Source of the DNA: Prorocentrum cordatum
Lineage: Eukaryota
Assembly (NCBI GenBank): GCA_963575745.1
Contig: CAUYUJ010000295.1
Coordinates: 62,001-115,705 of the forward strand
Direction of reading: 5' to 3'
Length of the DNA stretch: 53,705 bases
A model generated the notes under the pieces. It was not told the DNA's origin and ran no database searches. It saw only the letters and a list, made by a program, of their open reading frames with translations. Every line of letters starts with the position of its first letter. The stretch's first letter is position 1. The translations under genes were made by a program, and so were the position numbers. Shown one piece after another: positions 12,468-26,600 of the stretch.

Positions 12468-15400
12468 CAACACACAAAAGCACGCACCACACAAAGCATA
12501 CATCACACACACACACACACGCACAACACTCACAATCCTGGGGCCTCCTGGAGCCTCTTCTGGTATCCAAGTCGGGCCTCCTGAGGCTTCCTGGGGGGCC
12601 CTGGTACACACATCGCAAGGTGTGGCAACCCCACTTGCGCTCGAGTGCGACTTCGATGTTGCATTTCACACCTGCTTCAAACGCCCCTTCAGTTTTTTGT
12701 ATGAGCCTGGGCACACACGTGCCACTTGTGTACACATATCTATAAATATATGCATATATATACACATATATATATATGAATATATATATATGTATATATA
12801 AAGACCGAGCCATATTGAGCCGGCCGGAATCGATGCCGACTCGGATCGATTGGATCGGAATGGGCCCTGCTCAGCTCGGCCCGGCCTGTCTCCGAAACCC
12901 CGAGCCGCCCCGAGACGTGGCCAAGAGCTCCGCGAGGCTCCAGCAAGAGCTCCTCAGGGAATTGCCCAGCGCGCGCGGGGCCCACCCGCCAGAAGCGAGC
13001 AAGGAGTTCGCTCAAGAGTTCTGGGAGTTCCCGACGCAGCGACTGCACTGTAGGACTGCCGAGGCTTCGCTTGGTGCCCGTCTGTGGGCGCCTCGTGCGC
13101 TGGGCTGGTCCGCCGAAGTTCCGCCCGGTGCCCGCCCGCGGGGTCCCTTCGTGGGTGCCTCGTCCGCTCGGTGGGTTGGCCGACGTTTCGCCTGGTGCCC
13201 GCCGTGGGAGCCTCGTGGGCGGCTGGTGTGCTGGGCTGGCCGCATCATTTGCACCACACAGCTGTTGCCACCAAGCTTGAGCCACGTAGCTCACACCACG
13301 TAGCCAAACGCGGCCCAACGTGCGCCACACATGTTGCAGCGCGTAGTTGACGCCACGTGGTGGTTTGCACAGCATGGCTTGCACATGAGCGAAAGAGGAT
13401 ACGCCGCGCAGTTTGCTTGCATCACACAGTTGACCTGCACCGAACAAAACTTCACCACATAGCTTAAACCACCGCGCAACTTACACCACGTGGTTTGCAC
13501 CACAGAACTTCCACCACACGGCTCGCACAGCCACAGCGCAGTGACTTGCTGCTTGGGGTCCTGGCTGGCAGAGGGACTCGCGCTGACCGAACGTGACGCG
13601 GCAGGAAGCCGCGCCCATAGCGCCGACGCGCCTTGCCCAGGTCAGGCCACATGCACCGAATTGGGGGGGAGGGAGGGGGCGGGGAGGGCCCCCACGACCC
13701 CGGCCAGCACATGGGAGCGCGCGGCAGCGGGATGGTGGGGGGCGTTGCCTGCGATTCGAACTCCAACGGGTGCCTCCGCTGGCCGCGCGCGATCTGGCAC
13801 ATGCCGTCCTCCATCTTGGCTCTCAGCGTCGGCTTCGAGAGGTCGAGGCCCTCCTCCAGCGCGAAACGCTGGTAGCCCTCGACCAGGGCCTGGCCCAGGG
13901 GCGTCGGCTCCAGCCGCCCCTGTGCGTTCTTCAGCACGTACTTGCGCGTCTGAATCTTCTCGATGCTCGGGGGCTGCCACGGGCGTCCCTGGCCCAGGGT
14001 GTCCCTGGCTTCCCGCTGCACCTCGGAACGCCTGGGGCCCTCTGGGCCTCGAGGGGGGTGCTCGTGGAGGCCGTGGGGGCACACCCTGGGCCCGGGACAC
14101 CTCTGGCGGCGCCCGAGATGTGGTCGTGCATGGTGGCGTCGGTGCCGATGCCCGTGCGATCCATGAGGGCGATGAGGTCCGCCTCGCTCAGCAGCGGCGG
14201 CGGCTGCGTGCGCGACTCGAACATCTCGAGGGCCGAGAACGCCAGCAGCTCGTGGAGCTGGAACTGCGGCAGCGGGTCGTTCACCTCAGGGGGCGACGTT
14301 CGGGCCGGCACCGGCAGAGGGGCAGGAACATCGAGCCGGACTCGGCAACACATCGGCGATAGAGCGTCGACAAGCCACGGCTGGATCCGCCCGAGATTCC
14401 TCTTAGAATGCACCCTGGGAGAGGTCAGGGGAAAGATGTTCGACCCTAAGTCGGCGGCGTGCGAGGGGGGAAGTGAGAAGGAGAAGGCCTTCTCAGCAGG
14501 CGACGGGACTTCTCAGAACCCCTCGCGCCTTCAGAGAAATGTTCCGTGTCTTCGGGGAAGTCCCAGAACACTTCTCAGAAGGCCACGGGACTTCCAAGCC
14601 TTCCGAAAAAGGCCTTCTCTTTCTCACTTCCCCCCCCGGCTCGCCGCCGATAACAACAGGCACCCCGACAAGCCAAGCCTCCTGGCAAACGCACCTGACC
14701 TGAGTGAAGGATCGAACGGGGCAGGGCTGTTTGGTAAACGCCCAGGGCTGCCTACTAAACGCCGACTGTGGAGGTCGGTGTTTCTTTTTCTCGCTAGGCT
14801 AACTAGAAGAATAACAAAACAACATAAACATAAACTTTTGGCGCGCCACGCTGGTCCAAGAAATCCGCGCGGAGCGCCACAAGTTTATGTTTATAGTTTT
14901 TTTTTCTTCTGCGACTAACGCTGTCCCTGATCACCCAGTTCGAGTACGGGTACACCTCGAGCCAGCCGCGGTCCTGACTGCCTACCAGACCACCCCAACC
15001 CGAACCGCAGACCCGAACTTCGGGTTCGGGGGGGGGGTACGGGTTCCAGATGCGTCTTTTCACAAGGTTCCCCGACCTGGATATGGACAAGGACATGGAT
15101 AGAGGAACAAAAAGTGGCATAAACATAAAAACTCTGAGGTCCGCGCGTATTTCTCGGATCGGCGCTGGACCCCCCTCCCTGGCGCGTGGGGCGCGCCAGG
15201 GGCGGCACCGGAGACGCCGCCAGGGGGGCCCAGCGCGGATCCGAGAAATCCGCGCGGACCTCCGAGTTTTTATGCTTGTGTCACTTTTTGTTCCCCCAAT
15301 GGAGGGCCAATCGGGGCCCTCGGGTTGGGCTGTGGGTTTGGACGCCCAAAATGGGTACGGAAAGAATGGGTACAATGCCCAGCAACAAATGTTGTCTCAA

Positions 15401-18400
15401 ACCAACAGCGGCCACTGTTGGGCAGGCGGCCGTCTGTCTCGAATGAACGCAGGCCGCGGCGGCGCGGACAGCGAGTCCTGTCCAAAATGAACAGGAACTG
15501 CTGTTGGGCATTGTACCCATTCTTTCCCTACCCATTTCGGGCGTCCAGAGTGGTGGGTGGGATTCCCCATATTTCCTGGGTTTCTGTCTTCCCCCCCACT
15601 GCCCATATTTTCCCAAATTTTCTGGGGAGTCGACGATTCATTGTGTCTGTGTGATTTTTTCTCCCTCCTGAAATCGGGGCCCTCGGGTTGGGCTGTGGGG
15701 TGGCCCGGTGGGCGGCGAGGTCCAGCACCACCAGGCCGGCGACGCCGAAAGCCTCCTCGGCCAGCACGGCCTCCACCTCCGTGCGGGCGCCCCGGGCGTC
15801 CGGCGAGCAGCACGCGAGGAAGTGCCGCGCCACCTGCCGTGGCCGCTCACGGGGGGCCTCCAGCGTGAGGTCGGCCGCGTCCCCCGACAGGCGGACTGTG
15901 GGCGAAAAATGAAATCGAGCAAAACGAAAAAAAGAACCATCCCCACAAGTGGTGGAGCAAGGATACTTTGTCACTATTCTGGAATATTCCTCCCGTGGAG
16001 GGACGTGCCCGACTTAAGTCCAGTGACATCATGCTGGCTCCTGCTAACCGACGCTAACCGACGCTAGTCGACGCTGAACCGGTGCTGCTCGACGCAAGAG
16101 CGGCGCTCTCTCGCCGACTGCCCGACGCCAGCGCACGCGGATGCGCACTCGTAACGCTGGAGCTGCGAGGACGTGCCGGGCTCCCACGAGGTGCCAGCGG
16201 GGCGCCACCAGCTCGTAGACCCGCCACTCCTCCTGGTTCAGCTCGCCCTGCTGCACGCAGCGCACGGGGTGGACGGGCCGGAGAAGAACACAGCAAGCGG
16301 CACGAGCACGAGCTGTCGGAGGCCCGCGCGGAGTTCTGGGCTCCGCGCCGGAGCCTCCCCCCTCCCCGGCGCGAGGGGCGCGCTCACTAGGCTTAAGTCG
16401 GGCCTGTCCTCCTACAGGGGGGTTTTGGACGAAAAACCAAAGATACCCCACAAAAGGCCCCCAAATTGTCAAAAGGTACTAAAAACAGGTCGTCGTTTCG
16501 AACTTTCCTTCCGTAGAGGGGCACGCCCGACTTACCACTAGGGGAGGGGGCGCAGCGCCCAGCCCAAAGTCCGCGCGGTCCTCCGAGAGTTTGCGCTGGG
16601 GCAGTTTTCTTCTCCTCCGATGGGCGGGTGCGCGTGGTCGTTGTGGCTGCCCGCCCGGGGCTGCGTGAAGCGGCCGCCGTCGACCAGCGACCGGGCGTGG
16701 TCGCCCCACGCCCCCGAGGCCACCTGCAGCCTCACCAGGCCACGCACGTCTATCGTGTCGGTGAAGCTGTCCGTCTCCGTCCTCTCTTGAGCAGGGGCCG
16801 ACCGTCCAGGCATTTCGGGCCTACCACGAGATGTTCCTAGAACCCAGAAAGGGTCGAAAAACAAAAGCCATGTTCTTAGAACATAAACCCGGTGTGTTAA
16901 CACGAGCCAGTCCCAGCCAGACATGTTCTAAGAACATTTCGTCGAAACCACCAAAGGTTCTTAGAACATTATCTGGCAGGCCTATAGGCGAGCCAGGACG
17001 CTTCGTCACTGCTTGACTCTCGGCTGCGCGCCGACAGGGGAAGCTCGGGAGCTCCGGGCTCGAGATGCGACGTTTTCGGGAACTTCCGTCGGCTCTCGGC
17101 GGAGTTCCAGCCTCGGGATTTGTTCCAGCGGCTGCGGGTCAGAGCGTTTCCGGGGTGCCCGGCTCGTTCCGAATGGCCACGGGAGAGCCGAGGCATGGCG
17201 CAAAAACCAGCAGGCGTCCGAGAGAGGGGCAGCCCTCTCAAAGGCGGCGGGGCTTCTCTGGAGCCCTCCAGCCTTCTGACACGCCGCCTGTGGCTCTGGA
17301 AGAACTGCGCAACGTTCAACCGACGCCCTATCCCCATGGGGGTGGCCTGGGCCCCACTGGCCAACATACCCCCCTAGATGGGGATGTGGTCTGTTTCCCT
17401 TCGGGCTTCGAGGGGTATACTGTCCTCAACTGGGGTGCTGAGATGGTGGGGTCTGGATAACTAGGGTCAGGTCGGGCGTGTCCCCCTACAGGCGGATTTG
17501 GGGCGACAACATTAAAAATACGCAAACAATGCCCCACAATAATCCAACAAAATGAGAGCATCGTCCCCTGACTATTTCCCAAAAATAATTCAGAAAATAA
17601 TCAGAACTTCGTCCCTGAACTATTTTTAAACTATTTTTTGAATATTCCTCCTGTAGCGGGAAAGGCCCGACTTAAAATTAGGGATGGGGGCTCTAAGGGT
17701 CGGCTAAACGACACTACAGAGCCCCTGGAAGGCCTCCGGGAAGGCCAGAGGCCCGCCGAGCCCTCTGGGGAGGCACGCCCCCTCGGCCTTCCCTTAGCTC
17801 GGGCGTGTCCCCCTACAAGGGGATTTTGAGCGACAAACCAAAAATACCACCAAACATACCCCCAAATGCCTAAGAAGTGCTAGCAAACATCGTCCCCGAC
17901 TATGTCTTAAGCATTTCTCGATATCCCCCCTGCAGAGCGACAGGCCCGACTTCAGCTTCCCCCCCAGGCCGCGCGCCGATCCTCGGGTAGGAGATGAGCC
18001 CCCGCTGGTAGAGCGCCTCTCGGAGGAGGGCGACTGCGTGAACAGAAACTCTCCCAGCTCCGCACGGGCTTCCTGCATCGGCGCTGGGCCCCCCCGGGGG
18101 CGCCTCTGGCCCCTGGCGCGCTCCGCGCTCCAGGGGAGGTGGGGCCAGCGCCGATCCAAGAAGCCCGCGCGGAGCTTCGACCGTGCACGATTGGACATGT
18201 TCCCAACTAGCGTGTCGCTGAACGGGGTTCTGAGGAAGGGAACCGCAGAAGAGTCCTACAGGGGAGGCTAAGAACCGGAGATCGATTGCCCGGGCAGCCG
18301 TTTCGCCCGAGACTTCTTCAAGAAACGTGCTGCTCTCGCTAGAATGCCAGCTGTACAGTAGCAGCCCGACCACAAGAAACCTTCCCCAAGAAATCGAACC

Positions 18401-20479
18401 CTGAAACCTCAGGACCTCCATTGATTTTTGGTGTGGGAGCGTCATGCTCTCCGTGGCAGAACCATCGAAACCCAAGAAACCCAGGGCACCCTGGAGGCAA
18501 GCAGGGTCGTTCTTGGCATGGGTCTCCACTGCATCCGGGGCTCTTGCTAGATTGCTGTTCGCCTCAGCACCTCGGCGACGTGCATGCAGCGTGCCGGCGC
18601 GATGCGCAGCTTCGAGGCGGACAGCTTGCCGAGCTCCACCGTGTTGAGGGGCAGTGGCCTCCACCGCGTCTTTGGCTCCTCCAGGACCCGCACCACGCGG
18701 GCACCGCCGGGGGAGGCCTCAACGCAGAGCTCGTAGAGTACGAGCACCGCCAGCTGGTCGAACAATCGCCCGCGGCGCCAAGCGAATCTCAGCGTCTGCC
18801 CAGACCTCGAGGGAGCCTTTCCCCCCTCGAGTATTCCCCCCCTCCCCCTCGGATGGGGTCTGGCATTGGTTTCCCTCGGAGTCCGCTTGTTTCTCCTCCA
18901 GAGGGATGTGACTTCCCCTCGAGCCTTTTTGCTCCCCCTCTGTATAGGCCTCCTAGATGGGGTCGGCGAAGACGGGGTCGGAGGATCTCGCCGCATCGCC
19001 GATACATCAGCGATGCATCGCCAATACATTGGCCCCGCACTGGCGACGTCGGAGACACATCGGCGACGTCGTCGTGAAGAAAATCGGGCCCCGCATCGAG
19101 CCGCACCGTCGATGCATCGGCGATGCGGCGCGATCCTCCGACCCCATCTAGGGGGGGCGAGCCAGGGAGGCGCTCCGGCTCCTTGTGGGCCCACTGGGGT
19201 TAGGTCGGGCATGTCCTCCTACAGGAAGACTTTCAAAGAAACGTGAAAAGAAGGAGCAAACAAAAACCTGGCGAAGGCCGCGATCGCGTGTATAATCTTC
19301 GGTGGGTTTCGTATGGGGGGCGCGAAATGTGTGAGGGTGTCTCCCTCTGTGGGCCACGAGGCGATGCCTGCTTTGCAATACGCCATGCAGGGTTCCGCAG
19401 CTCCGCAGGTCGCTCCACCCAGGTGGCCTGCGGGGCCGCGAAACGCTGACCTGGGTGGGGGAGACGCATGCGAACACTGCCACTGGGGCCTCAAGTGGAG
19501 ATCTCTGCGGGGCCACGAAACGCTGTTCTGGGTGGGGGGGACGCATGCGAACACCGCCACCGAGGCCTTAGGTGGAGCTCCCTGTGGGGCCACGAAACGC
19601 TGTCTTTGGACGGGGAGACGCACGCGAACACCGCCACAAGGGCCGTAGGTGGAGCTCGATGTGAGGCCGCGAAGCGCTGTCCTGGGCGGGGGGGACGCAT
19701 GCGAACACCGCCACTGGGACCTTAGGTGAAGCTCCCTATGGGGCCACGAAACGCTGCCCTGGGTGGGCCACTCGGGCCGTAGGTGGAGCTCCCTGTGGGG
19801 CCACGAATCGCTGTCCTGGGAGGGGGGAAAGCATGCGAACACCGCCACTGGGGCCGTAGGTGGAGCTCCCTGTGGGGCCGCGAAACGCTGTCCTGGGTGG
19901 GGGAGACGCATGCGAACACCGCCACAAGGGCCGCAGGTGGAGCTCCCTGTGGGGCCGCGAAACGCTGTCCTGGGTCGAGAAAAAGCGCATGCGAACACCG
20001 CCACTTGGACCTTAGGTGGAGCTCTCTGTGGGGCCACGAAGCGCTGTCCTGGGCGGGGGAGACGCATGCGAACACCGCCACTGGGACCTTAGTTGGAGCT
20101 CTCTGTGGGACCACGAAACGCTGTCCTGGGTGGGGGAGACGCATGCGAACACTGCCACTGGGGCCTCAAGTGGAGATCTCTGTGGGGCCACGAAGCGCTG
20201 TCCTGGGTGGGGGAGACGCATGCGAACGCCGCCACTGGGGCCTCAAGTGGAGCTCCCTGTGGGGCCAGCGAAACGCTGTCCTGGGTGGGGGAAACGCATG
20301 CGAACACCGCCACTAGGGCCTTAGGTGGGGTTCCCTATGGGGCCGCGAAGCCCTGTGATGGTTGGGGGAAACGCATGCGCACACCGCCATTGAGGCCTTC
20401 GATGGGGCTACCTGTGGGGCCACGAAACGTGTAAGGGGTGTGGCGGAATTGGTGGCGATGATGGTGACGATAACGGTGG

Positions 20480-20562
<83 letters not shown>

Positions 20563-20570
20563 ATGATTAC

Positions 20571-20616
<46 letters not shown>

Positions 20617-23600
20617 TGGATGATGTGGATGATGTGGATGCTGATGATGATGATGATGATTATGATTATTATGATGATGATGATGATGATGATGATGCTG
20701 ATTATGATGATGATGATGATGACGATGACAGGGCGACGATGATGATGCTGATGATGATGATGAGGATGATGATGATGATGATGATGATGGTGGTGATGCT
20801 GATGATGATGCTGATGCTGATGATGATGACGACGACGACGAGGACATGCGCAGGGAAGAGCTAGGGAAGGGAGGAGGGAGGAGGGGGAGGAGGAAGGAAG
20901 GAAAAAAGGAAGGAAGGAACGCGGGGACAGTCTTGAAAACGAGGACCCAACACTTCAGGATGGTTGGGAAAAGCCTGAAAACAAAATAGCACGGAACATC
21001 GTCCCCAGGCTATTTTTCACTATTCTCGAACCTTCCTCCTGTGGAGGGACATGCCCGACTGAACAATACAGCCCCAAACACATGGAAATGCAGTGGATTC
21101 CGCGCACCCCGCACGCACTTCGTGCCCCAAGTAGAGGGCAGAACATCCATCCCCATAATAGTAACCCCGACAAGCGAAGCCGTTTAGTAAACGCCGATTG
21201 ACGGGGTCTGGGTGGTTTCCTCCCTTGACCAAGAGTCTGAGCTGGCCCCCTGAGCGGCTCATGGGAGCATCGTTTGAGCACAACCATCACGCACTTCGTC
21301 CCCGTTAGATCTCTCTGGAGGCCCTCAACGAGGGCCACATGGGCCCCGAAGGGTTCTGAGCTGGCCTTTCAAGACAGCTCAGTGGGGCCTGATTTCGGCT
21401 CACCCCTAATGCACTTTGTGTCCCACAAACCTCCCGAGGCCATCAGCTGGCCCTCAAGACAGCCGAATGGATCCATATTTCGACACACCCCTCACGCACT
21501 TTGTGCTTTAAGGACCCCCCAGGGCTCTCAGCTGGTCCACCAAGATGGCTCAAGGGAGCCCCATTTCGCCACACCTCTCACGCGTTTCGTGCCAGATGCA
21601 CACGCTCCTGTGAGTTCGGCAGATCCCTCACGCACACCGTGGCCTGTGGAACCTCGGAGGCCCTCCACGGGCCCGCAAGACGGCTGTAATGGATGCGCAT
21701 GTCGGCGCACGCCTCACGCGCGTCTTGCCCCCTGGACCCCCAGCACTGGCCCTCGGCCGGCCCTCCCGGAGTGCCCGACGGGACTTTCCCTTCGGCGCAG
21801 GTCCCTCGCGCACTGCGTGGCCCATGGCGGCCTCGACGCTGAACCTCCCTGACTGGCACGCGGAGCGCGCCCGTGTCGGCGCGAGGAGGCGCCGCGGAGG
21901 GGGCCCAGTGCCGACCCAGGAGATCCGCGCGGACCCTCCTGACTACCCACCTGACCACCCCAACCCAACCCGAAGACCCGAATTTCGGGTTGGGGGGGGT
22001 ACGGGTTCCATACGTGCTTTTTCAGTGTTCCCCGACCCCCCCCCCACACTGGAAATGGAGGGCAAACTGAGGCCTTCGGGTTGGGTTGGGGTGGTTTGGT
22101 GGGTGGTGACCTCCGAGCAATGACGGTGCTGTTTCTGTTGCAGCCGCTCGTCCTGCGACGTGCTGTGCCGCTTTCGACCCCCGGCCTCTGCAGCTCGGCC
22201 CGCATGGACCAGAAGGGCTCGGGGCGGAAGCGCCGGATGCGGTCCCAGCGCTCCACGACGAAGCCGAGCGTGGGGAACTGGCAGGGGCCGTAGCTCAGGA
22301 TCTCCCTGCCCGGGGGAGGCCCAACAATATCCAACTCGCCGACGCGCCAGGACCACCAAGGAGCCCAAGCAGGACGACAGGGGCACGAGGGCGGTGCCGG
22401 GTGAGGATAGATCTAGGTCGGGCATGTCCCCCTACAGGCGGATTTTGGGCGGAAAAGAAAAAAGACTCTAAAAATATTCAAAACACAAGCAAAATAGTCC
22501 AAACAATCGTCCCCCGACTATGTTTTGACTACTTTTGAACCTCCCTCCTGTAGAGGGACAGGCCCGACTTAAGGATAGATCGGGGATCTCTGCGAGCTGG
22601 CGGGTCCGGCGGAGGGCATCGGCCGCTGCGGCCGCTCCAGGGAGCTCCCGAATGCTGTGGTGCGCTCCAGATGGCTCTGGAGCGACTTCCCCTCATCTTA
22701 GGCGTAGGTCGGGCCTGTCCCCTTACAGGCGGAATTTGAATGAAAAATCAAAAACCCCTCAAATACTCCGAAAATATTCAAACATGGTATAAACAAATGG
22801 TCCCCGTATCATCTTTGGACTGTTCTGGAATATCCCCCCTGTAGAGAGGGACAGGCCCGACTTCTTAAACAAATAGCAGAACAAATGCTCCAGCATACCC
22901 AAAACCAGTCCGAACATCGCCCCCGGGCCTGCCTGACCAGGATCGCTGCGTGCACCCTCCTGCCTCGGCCAGGGCCCCGACAGGCCGAGCCCGAGCCCCG
23001 CATCGGCGCGGCCCGAGGCGGTGAGGCGCACCTCATTGTTCTCCGAGAGCCGACGGCGCCCGCACGCGCAGAGTCGTGAACGAGCGCGGCAGGAGGCATA
23101 GGCTTGGGTCGGGCAGGTCCTCCGACAGGCGGAAACTGGAGGACAGGTAACAAAAAAATAGTCCAACAATGTTCAAACGTAGTCGAGCATTTGTCCCCTG
23201 ACTCTGGTTTTTGACTCGGGGATGGACAGACCCCCCTTTAGCAAAACGTGGTTTAGTGAAAACGACCTGAGGCCCAAAACTGGCGGGCGCAAGCCTGGAA
23301 AATAACGGCCACGGCGCCCTCTCGAGATCCGAAAACGGACAATTCACTAATCGACGTGTCACTGTTGGGGGTTCTGTCCACCCCCGATTGACTATGTTCG
23401 ACTGTTCCTCCCATAGAGGGGCACGCCCGACTTCACCCTCGACGCAACCTTCTCAGCGGTAATTTTTGTACGAGCCGGACCGCTCCGCGACGGCCCCGCG
23501 GCCCGAAGCCCTGGGCGGCCACGCCCAGTGCAGCGACCATCGCAGGGGGTGCCCAGGTCAGGTCGGGCGCGTCCCCCTACAGGCGGATTTTGGAGGAACG

Positions 23601-26600
23601 ATTAGGGATAGTCACTAGTCCAAAAACATGCAGAAAGGTCAAAAAGTGTAAGAAAAAACATCGTCCCACAATTAGTTGTGAACTATCTTTTGAGATTCCT
23701 CGTGTAGAGGGACAAGCCCGACTTGATGCTAAGAAGACAGGAAGCCGATGATCTGATGCTGACCCAGACCCCTCGCGCTGTGAAAAATCACGACGGGAGG
23801 TTCCTCGCTATTTTCGGCCCCGGCGGGCCCTTACCTGCCCTCGGGACCGTCAAAAAACGACTCAGGATGAAAAGCCGGTCCCGGGGCAAGGGTCCAGACC
23901 TCGAGGGTTCGCGTCATGAAAAAATCATGACGTCGAGGTCTGGGGAAGAAGGTGGGTTACACATGGCCCAATCTGGCTCAAGTGGGTTACAAGTGCCCTG
24001 AGTGGGGGATCTGTCACTCAACAAAACTCGCGGAGCCCGCTTAGTCCGGATCCTTACCCATCCTAGACAACTACACGACACCAATGACCCGCATATAATC
24101 CAGGTCAGCTCCGATACAACCCGCCTCAGATAACCTGTCCCCCTCAGAAACCCACGGCGATCTCAGTGTGAACAGAAATCGGCGCGGGGATCTCAGTGGT
24201 TGACGTCCCGAGGAAGTAACAACTGCGTGTTACAAACTTTCGACGGTGGATCGGCGCGGATCGGCGCTGGAGACCCCTCCCTGGCGCGCGGGGCGGGCCA
24301 GGGGCGGCGCCGGAGGAGACGCCAAGGGGCTCCAGGTCTGTGCGGATTTCGTGGGTCGGCGCTGGAGCTCCTCTCTGACGCGCGGATCGGGCCAGGGGCG
24401 GCGCTGGAGGAGACGCCAAGGGGTTCCAGCGCCGATCCACGGAATCCGCGCGGAGCTCCGAAAAGTTATGGTTATGCAATCAGTTCTCCCTCTTCGATCA
24501 CAGAGGTTGCCGTCCGCTTGCCATCGCTCCGGCGTCCATTCCTCGTAATTGCACGGTTCGGTGTCGTGCGTGGCTTCTCCCGTTCTCTCGACTTGAAGAT
24601 CCACGATGCTCCAATATGGTTCAGCTGTTCTGGAGCTGGCCTTAGGTAGGGCATGTCCTCCTACAGGCGGATTCCGGACGAACAATTTATCCCACCCCCA
24701 GACATGCTCCAAGAATGTTCAACAATACTAAAAAACATGGCCCCCAGGCTATCTCTCAAAACTATTCCTGAATAGTCCTCCTGTAGAGGGACACGCTCGA
24801 CTTCGCGCTGGCCTCGCCGGCAGGAGTGCACACGCCCGAGCGATGCCAGAGGTGCCGCGGCCTGCCCAGCTCCGGGAACATCGGCTGGTAGCGCAGGGAC
24901 ATCCAGCGCGTGAACGCCGCGCCGCAGCGCAGGTCGATCTCCGACCGCGCCTCCACGGCGTCGGCCAGCCGCGGGTCCGGGGCCCTCAGCGTGGCGCACG
25001 CCCGCAGGAGGTCCTCGCGCGTGAGCGCGGAGAAGACGGCGCGGAACACCTCCGAGGAGGCAAGCAATGCATAGAAACCCACGCTTTGGGGAGGCCCGTG
25101 CAGGCATCCGGGGATCGGCGTTGGATCTCCCCTCCCTGGCGCGCGGAGCGCGCAAGTGGCGGCGCCGGAGGCGGCGCCCGGGGACTCCAGCGCCGATGCG
25201 AGGAACCTGCGCCGACCTCCAAAAGTCTGTGTGTATGCTCATGTTGAGGTCGGGCATGTCCCCCTGCAGGCGAACCTTGAAGGGAAAGTGCAAGAAAGTC
25301 AATCCAAACTCGAGCATAGTCAACATAAGAGCACGCGCAACCGTCCCCAACTCATTTTCTAACCATTCTCGAGTACTCCTCCCGTGGAGGGGCATGCCCG
25401 ACTTGAGCTCATGCAGCTCCGTTCTTCGTCGGCGCCTGCAGGCGGCCGCCCGCCGCCTGCTGACAGACGTCGATCACCTCGAAGGCGATCGCCTCGCCCT
25501 CGCGGTCGCAGTCCAGCCAGAGCACCAGCCAGTCCGCCTGGTGAGCGTTTTCTTCTTCGGCGTTTCGACATTGGGCGCCAGGGGGGGGCGAGGGGGGGGT
25601 CCTGGCTCCAGACCTCTGCTTAGTGCGGCTGTTTGGATCAATGCGTCCCTCGCGGGAGAGACCCCACCTGCTCGGAACAAGCGCCCAAAACAGCCAAGAT
25701 CCACTCCGTGGGGGTGGGGGGAGGGGGGGGGCGAGGGCCCGCGCCGATCGGCAAAACAATGAATAAAAAACCGCTCACCTGGCGGGACAACTGCTTCAAG
25801 TTGCGGTCGATGTCCTCCAAGGCCGGGCTGACGGCGATGTTGCTCAACGGTGATGTTGAGAAAACCAAAGAGTAGGACATCACGAACCACACACTTTCTT
25901 ACACGTTCAATCTGCGAGCGGATCGAGCGTACACGACACAGCGAATTGTAGGAAAGCGCAAGCCACGCATTCCCACCACACCGAAACCTACACCGCCGTT
26001 AGCTACATCGCCATTCACCCGTCTACGGGTCCTGGCAGTCGGGGAGGATGTGGCGCTGCATCGGAGCGGTAAAGAGGCTCGCGGGCGTGCAGGACGACCA
26101 GGACTTAAGCTCGGGCCCGAAGTCGTGCCCGATGAGGTGGCCGCGCACAGCGCTCACGGTCATGCGGCAGTTCGTTCCCCTCAGATTGAAGGGGAACTCC
26201 TGCAAGGATGCACACAATCTGATGAGATAGTATGTCGATGGACAAGATATCTCTTTTCCATCTTGAGCCAAAATGGGTGCACGGAGGAGGGTGTCAGAAT
26301 CACTCCTCCTCGGGCCTGGCCGCCAACCCGGCCAGGCACGACCTACGTCGTACGCGGGCGCGCCCAAGCCGACGCGCCCATCTCATCAGCCAGGCTGCGG
26401 CCATGCCGCGAGCCCCTCACTCCGTCCGGCGCGATCATACCGCCGCCGGCGGAACCTCATCCAGCCCCACAGGTAGCGGAGCATGGATTCGATCCACTCC
26501 ATCACTTGAAGTCCTTCTGAGTCAAACTCGGTGTCCGATCCCAGATGTTGAGCGTCGCCATGTGTCTCCTCAAAAGGGATCCACCCACTCTCTTGGTCAG

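Noticed and set aside
13593..14918. 441-aa + strand ORF
   Set aside because: Antisense to TOP3A exons 14-15 and intronic repeats.
19400..20430. CRISPR-like regular array
   Set aside because: Whole 77-bp units are repeated with no unique spacers, and the context is a eukaryotic intron; it is a minisatellite.
20335..20864. Poly-His, poly-Met and poly-Asp ORFs
   Set aside because: Translations of the (GAT)n microsatellite.
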